A stretch of 64,000 nucleotides of DNA from Elusimicrobiota bacterium (GTDB lineage Bacteria > Elusimicrobiota > Elusimicrobia > 2-02-FULL-39-32): the NCBI GenBank assembly GCA_016180425.1, contig JACPBF010000002.1, forward strand, positions 48,169 through 112,168, written 5' to 3'. Below the pieces are notes generated by a model. The model ran no database searches. It worked only from the letters and a program-made list of their open reading frames with translations, and was not told the origin of the DNA. Positions 60,801 to 64,000 of this stretch are shown in pieces. The position numbers and the translations under genes were made by a program. The stretch's first letter is position 1. Each line of letters opens with the position of its first letter.

Positions 60801-63800
60801 TTTTTGGTCGCTTCATCTTTAAATCGGATCTTACCCCCTTCATACTCCGCGTCTTTTTCAAACTCTTTTGCAATTTCATACGCGCGTTTCAATTTTTCTT
60901 TCTGGCGCGCATTAAAATGTTTGCTCGCGGGAATTCCCTGCCCTTCACTTAAAACAAACGAGATCTGTTCAGTTAAGGTGAGGTGAACCTCATCTAAGAA
61001 TACAGCCCGGGACTTATCTCCAGTTGCCTCCTCAATGATATTTTTAAGCGTTTTGTTGCCGCGGCTCGCTTCCATTTCCGCATGGGTATTTAAGTGACCA
61101 ATCTCTTCTGATGTCCAAACCCTAATAAAGCTATCCCCTTTCATCACCTGTTTAAAGAAATCTAAAACAGCGCTCTCTTCACTTAATTTGCCTTCGCTGC
61201 GAAGACGGTTCACAACTTTTGTATAGGATTCTTTTAGAGCTGGATCCTTTAATTCTTTAAGAAACTTATCAATCTTTTGATCTGATCTATCTCTTACAGC
61301 TTCTAGGATTTCTCTCATCAAGATCATATCCCCACCGCCCATCTCCATGATCTGCCGATACGTTACCTCTCCAATAAATTTACCTTCATAGTATTTGAGC
61401 GCTTCGGTTGGATCCTTTAAAACCAGATCCGCATTTGGTTTCCCTCCACTTCGAATGGCCCGGGCTAAGATCGTCATTGCAACGATCACGGTTTTGCCGC
61501 CGCCTACATCCCGGTGAATAGCTAAACTCCGAATTAAGGCATCTTCTACAGCTTTTTGTTGTTTGGGATCAAGCTGACCGGTCTGCGGATTTTTAAATTT
61601 AAAATCTGGCAAAACTTCTCGCACCTTTGCCAGCGCTTGTTGAACTGTATCAACAGCAGAGCTTAATTCATCTGCCATCTTTTTAAGTTCACCAGTAACC
61701 TTAATCCCTCTAAGAGCAGCTGGCACTTTATCACCGCTGATCCCAGCATTTTGTAAAATCTGATCCAATATCTGATCCACATTTGCGCCCTCTTTAGCCT
61801 TGGCTAAAGATTCCAAAAATTTGACTGCGGTTTTCTCATCTAATAGGGAAGAGATAACCTCACGCATCTCAACCAAAACGTGAATAGCGATCGCTTTTCT
61901 TAAAGTTTCGGATGTGCTGTTTAACCCTCTATTAATTTTTTCTAAGCTGCCTGTTTTTTTATCTATTGCTCTTTGCGCATAGTTTGAAGAAAGTTCATCC
62001 ATGCGCGCCTGTTTTGCCTTTAACGCACTTGCTCGCGATACCTCAACCGCATCCGCAAATCCATCCAGGTTCATCGAATCTAAAGTTTCCATTACTCGAA
62101 CCTCAAGCTCTTCTCCGCTAAGCCCCTCTCCTCTCAACCGTTCTCGAATCGTTTGTTCTACACGAGAAATTTCTCCCTTTGCCTTTTCAACTTCAGCGAT
62201 TTCAATTCTTTCTTTCAGCGCATCCCGCGCAATGACCAACCCTCGCAGTTTCCTACCGGAGATTTCCTCAATCCGTTTTAAAGATTCCTCTCGTACTGCG
62301 CTGTTTTGGGAAGGGTCATCCGCAAGATTTTTTAATTCTGCTAAAATCTCTTCTTCGCTTAAACCCCGGGATTTTTGATCTGCCGCAACTCTATCTAACA
62401 CCGCTTTCGCATTCACTTTTTTTACCTGAGCAAAAGTATCTACCACAACTTCTAATAAACCTAGTTGAGACTCTACAGATTCATGTTGTTCCATAAGATC
62501 AATCAGTTCATTCTCTTCTTGTTCCTTTTGTTTTGCTAACTCGTCTCGATATTTTGTAATATCCCTTGTTGACCGTTTCCCTTTGCTTGACCATCTTTCA
62601 AACCCTTTTTCACGAGTCTCTGCTCTTTTTTCGTTCTCTTTCTCCTTTGTTTCTATCCTTAATTTCAGATCATCCATCCTCTTTTGTAAAGCCCCTTGAC
62701 TAAATTTAACTCCTGCTAGAGCCTGAATCATTTGAAGCAATTCCAATTTAGCTTTTTCAGATCTTAAAGTTGCTTTATCATTCACAATTTTTGATTCAAG
62801 CCCAGCTAACTCTTCTTTAGCTTTAAGCAACTCTGACCTTGCACTTGCACCAGAAATGCCTTCCAAGATCTGAATCTTTTCTCGTAAAGTAGAAGCTCTT
62901 GACTCAGCGCTTTTGATCGTAACAGATAAAGCGCTCACCTTCATTTGAAGAAAACCTAGACTCTCTCCTGATTTCATAAGATCAAGCAACTGATCTAAAG
63001 TCCTAAGTCTAGATTCAGCCTGTTTAAGATGAGATCTCGCTTTTTCTAACTTTTCTTTGTTCCCTTCTTGAATCCAACGATTCACCTCTTTTTTTAAACC
63101 CTCGACTTTTGCGCTTTGAGATTCCCTCATGCTCCTAAACTCTTCAAGTTTCGCTTGTGCTGCCCTACGCAAAGTAGCAGACTTAGCATTCAAAGCTCTT
63201 GTAAAACCAACCTCGACAATAGAACCAATCGTACCTTCCACACCCATTAGTTCTTCTGAAAGCTCTTTGATCCGATTTTGGAATGATCTTTGCAGTGTGG
63301 TTCCTTCCCCAGCTTCATCCGCTCCGCGTTCCAATCCTTCTATCACTCCAACTGAATCTTCGCCGCTCTCTCTTAAACGCGCCTCTTCTGTTCTGACCTT
63401 TGCCTGATCCAACTTCTCTTGCAAAGCATCTTTAAGAACTTTGCCTTCCAGTTTACCATCAAGTTTGGCAAGCATGGATCTTGCTTCGCTCTCGCTAAGA
63501 CTAGAGGCATATTCTTTCGCCATGCTCTTTGCAATCCCTTCTGTTACCCTCACCTTAGCTCCATTCTTTAAAGTGATTTCATCTTTCCCAACTTTATAAT
63601 ATCTCTCACCCTCGCCAAGCGCTTCTGGAACAAACTGTTCAGCCTTATATCCTTCTGCCTTTAACCGTTCAGTGGCCACAGCATCTAATGTCTCTTTTAA
63701 CCCTCTTCCATAAAGATCCACTTCCTGTTCCCCAATCTTCAGCCTGATTGTCGGACTCTCACTCCCCTCTGCCTTTCCTAATTTGTCGTATGCTTCTGCC

Positions 63801-64000
63801 TGTTTCCCTTGATCTACAATGATCCCAGCTAAAATATTTTGCGCTTCTCCTTCCCCATTTAACTCGCTGATCTCTTCTTGGCGCAACTCAATCCCATTCT
63901 TAAATTTGTGACTCTCTGCCTTGGTGTCATACGCTTTTGTAACCTCTGCTAAAAATTCTGCTCGAACAGCATCATTTTTTCCCGCGCCTCTCCCTTCTCG
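45824..64000 (-). CDS. Giant multidomain protein (>6050 aa, 5' end outside window) with SecA-like ATPase, TM cluster, repeats, HExxH and JAB-like motifs
   Basis: The frame stays open for 38 more codons above 63886 to the window edge (REGRGAGKNDAV...). Motifs: DVGGGKT, DEVH, GLSGT, AGIGLDY, QAFGRVDR, HEEVH, GHTHP..PT..D. Confidence 0.88.
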   Translation of the reverse strand, partial: REGRGAGKNDAVRAEFLAEVTKAYDTKAESHKFKNGIELRQEEISELNGEGEAQNILAGIIVDQGKQAEAYDKLGKAEGSESPTIRLKIGEQEVDLYGRGLKETLDAVATERLKAEGYKAEQFVPEALGEGERYYKVGKDEITLKNGAKVRVTEGIAKSMAKEYASSLSESEARSMLAKLDGKLEGKVLKDALQEKLDQAKVRTEEARLRESGEDSVGVIEGLERGADEAGEGTTLQRSFQNRIKELSEELMGVEGTIGSIVEVGFTRALNAKSATLRRAAQAKLEEFRSMRESQSAKVEGLKKEVNRWIQEGNKEKLEKARSHLKQAESRLRTLDQLLDLMKSGESLGFLQMKVSALSVTIKSAESRASTLREKIQILEGISGASARSELLKAKEELAGLESKIVNDKATLRSEKAKLELLQMIQALAGVKFSQGALQKRMDDLKLRIETKEKENEKRAETREKGFERWSSKGKRSTRDITKYRDELAKQKEQEENELIDLMEQHESVESQLGLLEVVVDTFAQVKKVNAKAVLDRVAADQKSRGLSEEEILAELKNLADDPSQNSAVREESLKRIEEISGRKLRGLVIARDALKERIEIAEVEKAKGEISRVEQTIRERLRGEGLSGEELEVRVMETLDSMNLDGFADAVEVSRASALKAKQARMDELSSNYAQRAIDKKTGSLEKINRGLNSTSETLRKAIAIHVLVEMREVISSLLDEKTAVKFLESLAKAKEGANVDQILDQILQNAGISGDKVPAALRGIKVTGELKKMADELSSAVDTVQQALAKVREVLPDFKFKNPQTGQLDPKQQKAVEDALIRSLAIHRDVGGGKTVIVAMTILARAIRSGGKPNADLVLKDPTEALKYYEGKFIGEVTYRQIMEMGGGDMILMREILEAVRDRSDQKIDKFLKELKDPALKESYTKVVNRLRSEGKLSEESAVLDFFKQVMKGDSFIRVWTSEEIGHLNTHAEMEASRGNKTLKNIIEEATGDKSRAVFLDEVHLTLTEQISFVLSEGQGIPASKHFNARQKEKLKRAYEIAKEFEKDAEYEGGKIRFKDEATKKAIEQQAKREGISAAHIESMLKAIKESAGEKFGLVNGKVVPIDSNGQVQPNRVFHDHAYAYAASRNIKVVGADGKTATDKKLSHEEALEAVSISRTALATSGSRLFNWKGQRVGLSGTLEGVRAMADAYGIAVGKFGEHGDFKDFTYAGKGKASGDQIELEILDGKSMEERAALIVQDVLNGMEKGIGQHLIISLDPVLRSRVIEMLKNRGIKVSEIDSNADPDSINKMIDARAKDAQGNIIYQKDKYGEFIKDKNGNKIPVYEARVIVGGRRAGIGLDYKGDFNLIVDGHGEGGKGIADGDFLRQAFGRVDRGGEMAANGNKSGRKVYLDKKVLAEKAKKLRENKAIMEWIENKIKKGELTVQKEKNGQYNDFDLVTKYEGLRKSSSGLQFGLVDAIKDKFFIQKLNDFLAKAGGQDSPMGIKVFEILDKVLNREYSEPQWTSKEMDKEGEIDGARRLDLGFENLKKEAVLALNELRGKLGTKGEEGDLRAEVENLLKDWKSVKPGETKRTIINKTENLQDMVDTMYRYADEIIPDFGQGGALANAPRTIEQAKTKVKQQARGNNVSKERAGQLLSQLEDQLKKDSSLSRGGQLTYKGQVFMSNLLQVLSQEADDDENLSALLASEDPSLKFSISKQAKDEDKFESRFSWAMGAASLLVNNQWDLGTSINLGVIVRAGQKSGIPVSAKDLMTQYEREGVEGFKEIDLPLTQTQAARKAQSRLSQARGAEENFGFARQNIFKGLTSNLGYEQQQKLANNKFFGFFVAALALPKMAQFVWSKLLLGMAAKSWEKSAMKSLVSMNDEQVNHHLVVLQAIHLLSSAQYSAESNKVEFKQTREDRETIANTVRNYSYYQKSGDARKPDRSRFNKFAKRAGLSDIVKSGKSNAIDSGLKFFNRFASSFLQTTYNPKTIAVFGIKVIFAAGLAAAIFFVAAPLAVAAIGPVSLVTLGLINAAVIPIAKMISSKTENKVVKFAADIVVPIMGVIFGMFLPGSDVWRIIGKVLSIGLSSYGLSGKLVDVLGKGLEKILKRFVKETIREKSYAAMNKVVEKKIEEAVNKKMEEQEPQKGKFSAVTGALGNIGGIKRKMAEREVRSSGKVTQNELTWEDFIAVIDEVSDETELDREEIAEIALVLFKANASEDQINNISDIFLGFVNAKAANNPEQAKVLEEMKKMRVLELADLSPEDAFKSALIKVEAPDIMREQNKGAKSAALTPDSIQEPNFKKVLDKQWKNLWDATGLEGEASESSQEEFLRLYKGLKTNLEREKFMRAWDWLNELSNGQLKSLLSQAQAVAAGAKKLEDSADPVTREQIEALANLMKKHLLTEKGKIGVIDFLEVLKQGIGSNKDWSSLASSAIPENTNLGKAARSVRDTIAANPYMREEDLMNTIMALTGQFNLSQAEANRLVQVASLDIEADQTEWAKYGEAWKKVGRAVQNYKNKISQFKDAETSRSVEDLIQAEKDLVNAVTDEESPLSKETRWFASVKALNAVNVPVNKGAVNFETDSSDEVREELQGLLENAAKGISAERQHLFHADLPNLLSQKLKNQTDSIRRKDLIKRLEDQGIQVTVDARGNIQVVLSALLKNAAWQAVEEVMNGKMETSQNFRETLQTRMGNWLRSIPAAQDILSAENIHIVSDEAVGRVPTVTEDGHLLIPESIAKNEALFRLVVLRQMVVLSQLKRYKEEQREEHLSEKDILDGAIKELKNWNLHALALVQPGARTSEETKASLATVEEAQAALQPGLDHLKLLSSFSKQREKSGLQALANLTSKKAKTASILIQKASEFLAAGALLSPMLFDQSEDRNLLISLLGFTPQQNNTIKESETKLRGQAKFVPFELLANGPLVDALMASVMWRPFIKALESLDPSDKAIRAIFAFLSGINPKQADRALEMGIGILENKNFSPLLEENGSQQILQALAPVLFLSSWWSRRRVLNNLSAMAEEDKAFGEVAAERGALNALQEQFNKIKRNKLKAGELKNLSASLGLPMQRALTLLLGLKGRDAANVVAIYNRLPASVRDEFTIQELKGFNRNAIDIFTRSFLRKGVAARLEVIGVNGAEFLKSAFGKALLSNPRFMEKLNSYLWNPNISGAHKKDLITSLISEATPFESRSLVELLDKDLKKVYPSQVQSLGDKMAKAFYQLSGLDGNQIAANYEKIKESSLAKKVSVLVLAALSHEGVEHLASIGKKLDKEGAVVTARDLNELIRLVEGRSVTLIDDSVIELTKEDAYQILGLKDQQIKNFEKNYKRLSSQDKTRERLDSLPFNLLADTNPDIFKKLVSLVKKIEKGKQLALKEVAEILEGTGLSNYARDFVLPVLGFSPAVLGNKGYRDLVDGIIKLMRAMKRNSVLETMPVKFLNQNGVKALVKRDKVAVIAKILSLPQEYRDQALKALAEMDKWGEEAKDFVELLEKWTNGSATLPELVRIFDRLFGEVKVDFEFLQTVGLGPQQKEFLTLQILGNLSKDEAVVALKNWLALGEGKDTIMQNLADSVTIPLLLKIRENGVKSLRTIWSVLDKSEREQVIKMFRNYNQKNKAERLANNLGKMKWMTPRQIIEQIAQDIGLPKSVERVQKAASARREKLSEKANKGWDLLKDQPKLANLVSAPLLEVLSEIAAQKLLLLWDNLDDKGKEALRRSALLPQDKKEAVQVVKFLEAIQLDGSTNSLANIAKNLGLKEHGYAVENVAATGLREIRSIRNSFGRAGFDLPFWFFDTRIALEIARSLESGQKAQLVALLAKLEENALKAIGDISGVKDVENLIKALLRFANNSMTVQEFEELAETLGMDAKLFAAQAKKVIGNPLLLGNRVQILTAAEKRNMPVSFILGADEGAWKLWRFVRKELPRNYWERDDGEILQAIAKNKNAESAFRKLNLFERAAILNSLVWGGEVGVDETVKALASLNNQTLTYPQLQTLLHAFGAFGVRNDLPDSFGKKFGLKSTVSEIDTAYNIVDRLYNTDADRLTIAQLLSLKEKPIPREERLVAPPVPFLAVSKSEIPTTPAVPVPAAPLVPNVGEKSHYNWIADALGQRIANRLSADVLTDGRFVAILIGELRELFGEYPGLQSLEHEARIIGFINDSYNRMKTGAVENRAQRIARDAMSNVNNYVENIPTLKDLRVVARTTETQEPKAETVLLGPEKITEAQAPEPIVVPEKPKVGKAESAKVTTKLTRAKKEELIARAPEDTPVSVRTTTKLTPAQKTEAIVRAAKTGELIPPREDAATPRAGKTGKLVRPEEATATPAAAKTKGTVRTPTTKLQPLEEAPVVKAGKTGKLVPPEQTKVVKAAKTEELVVGEETVMPRAVDTGKIAPAEEPTEVKAVSTTKLAKRTEELRSLLAQSGTRSPTGELELSEEDEIGGVAEESEEIKAPNMLQRIRTIFGKMVSAKKVLPEEGEKGVEEGGGKGVRGKEPSPSDKAIKGGRRAEIRERTVKLGIYLSVLYGSARKIALKKSKEGKVSAGEGRVRKGDAVIVGAEQELLQRFSERIEQSKYLDSRTKELLLNGFIEVVLVNPWSPNVLDKMDQILEIFEVNKDGRLKFEKIKGFLKELRAPNSKASWKALERLVDTLRKVAHETNFEGGDSRGRKAEARDILTRISYLLVYGFNEDDGQSGMFEIHTLDILRKISLTVVNQEEDDALNEAIYKAVKYEEERILKEQKGVEGEEAGEVVSKEGEGEAKKAAEKKEVLKLSEFSPKVSLGLDKNNPFREKAERIYSNKIFPYLIDLYMNPKKYALREETVDTGKKAKAPKNLLYVKKEKREETEKVVAYQAGRAGTTRGVVYLSFDTLQRLLTNDLAFAEFFEHEVRGHLDTRDPSRPERFENLEEEESYARDLQRGVKEKFEENLPLDQDLPPDLDEVLRDMSGLSWFEGILTQEDYAHVMHLGEGGEEDLGPNMESSFYGEEFDVKEWTPILGSLNALQGANNAVFRAVIAALPRGISSQLEAAIKLLSAETIDIKNPLVKRAVEILAYFATPKVLGTELTLQILNEVGIGLAPELGEEVAQIVDEVKNSLGINLNVIVVKRVRQIPGQLGEVGDLKSFITYSRSADGSLDVLISQDVLAEQTDLKYFVTNMLGHEYLEASGFRHNQVEALGFRKDTDRSIEELTRILKTIKGIADARAALDSLAEINESRLDTIKGAKEVLEKIRAIEALNQGWVTLQAEGNFKLENGKLYLVSDQGTKLDLTAQSLEIQKILNSIQPEELADLIQGGVNGIRLALALVKMNPEFIKRGQLNRIVNRTLELGVSQIPESVSAAAAPTIVELPEADSNKVRLIYFLNQVKNSLPESAQTAISETGEVLKSGEILDFMSLKSKIGETKEEVAFVSIKIPGRKNPLVFKLGQGTETSVKVRSWIVKALSLIPGVKLGHTHPDLPMPTAEDLIAMMRAIPAAQMADLIKGKDQRIERSFIFGKDQSALVRINVKVKDVYQSQVTVAYYENLGERRLVKFETSAFAEVMMAEPLFSIYRTSEKVKELASQLGKTPTALDFFNLLLTEKPSLKEDMDAFKVALDLQEFLKQESQLSAIKRNSRNPIAQAIGTLYYLSTLTDIPIEEFRDLLAFLGLKLDGIDKEIFDKAIQDLEKNLKEQKAFGKEFLTKEKREAVKEKIAELLPYKPQERGETLAAAERTISILNKKTLDGVDSLELEVLLKALFNAGIWNQGESLGDAFSRVEGVDGDKTRVQKALIRVVQEGEWLGQAKSLRLSEADQEQMKDSKAFYDHASNTIYIRLEQGMTPLELMARALHEEVHAYLPAHVPSNSTTLEYLAIIHLAKTLESISQNPGVKLLISQMKLDLLKKLREDKIKNRAIETKMVKELKRSTEGSKAKEVIVVPFFHLPVMMTTLEELTQDGQTIELWIATDEAKLLKAKDIQALIGFEKKFKIKVVDVAFDQGKFNAGSLSSSIQPNQRLTLVGGEAIWQGLETLKGQSITLLNILFHADSEMARWVNEIIQSLTSLTPEQKNELLEKLKIKLDPKVLNKIDLDHEIETVVALQQ

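Noticed and set aside
45756-63407. Many plus-strand ORFs of 60-157 aa opposite the giant gene (and similar ones opposite other long genes)
   Set aside because: Ser/Phe/Leu-rich antisense shadows with no recognisable motifs or SD.
63884-63886. TTG 63886 as the start of the giant protein
   Set aside because: The frame is open to the window edge and there is no SD or signal peptide, so the gene starts further upstream.

Overview
Bacterial window, almost entirely minus-strand, with four blocks. (1) 1-11.6 kb is a defence/accessory island. It holds a type IIG-like N6-adenine MTase/REase that runs off the left edge, a PLD-SNF2 helicase, and an array of small self-promoted cassettes (three PIN+small-protein pairs, a HEPN-motif gene, HTH/RHH antitoxins, a RelE/PIN chimera). 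The cassettes are separated by three copies of a structured 130-270 bp repeat, and there is an attP-like site made of the 5' half of a tRNA-Lys(CTT) flanked by TGTGTCC arm-like repeats. (2) 11.8-35.5 kb is a LacI-headed carbohydrate locus: GH94, GH144-like, GH35, an ABC importer with an SBP-permease fusion, a CBM-fused outer-membrane barrel, a CBM-OmpA protein, a PorV-like barrel and two proteins with T9SS/FlgD-type C-termini. It plausibly handles beta-1,2-glucan. (3) 35.6-45.7 kb has two RND permeases with no MFP/TolC in the window, an 11-aa-repeat coiled-coil gene and a second TA cluster. (4) 45.8-64 kb is the 3' part (>6050 codons, open to the window edge) of a giant gene with an internal SecA-like ATPase, a TM cluster, internal repeats and C-terminal HExxH and JAB-like motifs. 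Gene content suggests an Elusimicrobiota/Omnitrophota-like organism (inference). All calls come from reading motifs by eye; no searches were run.
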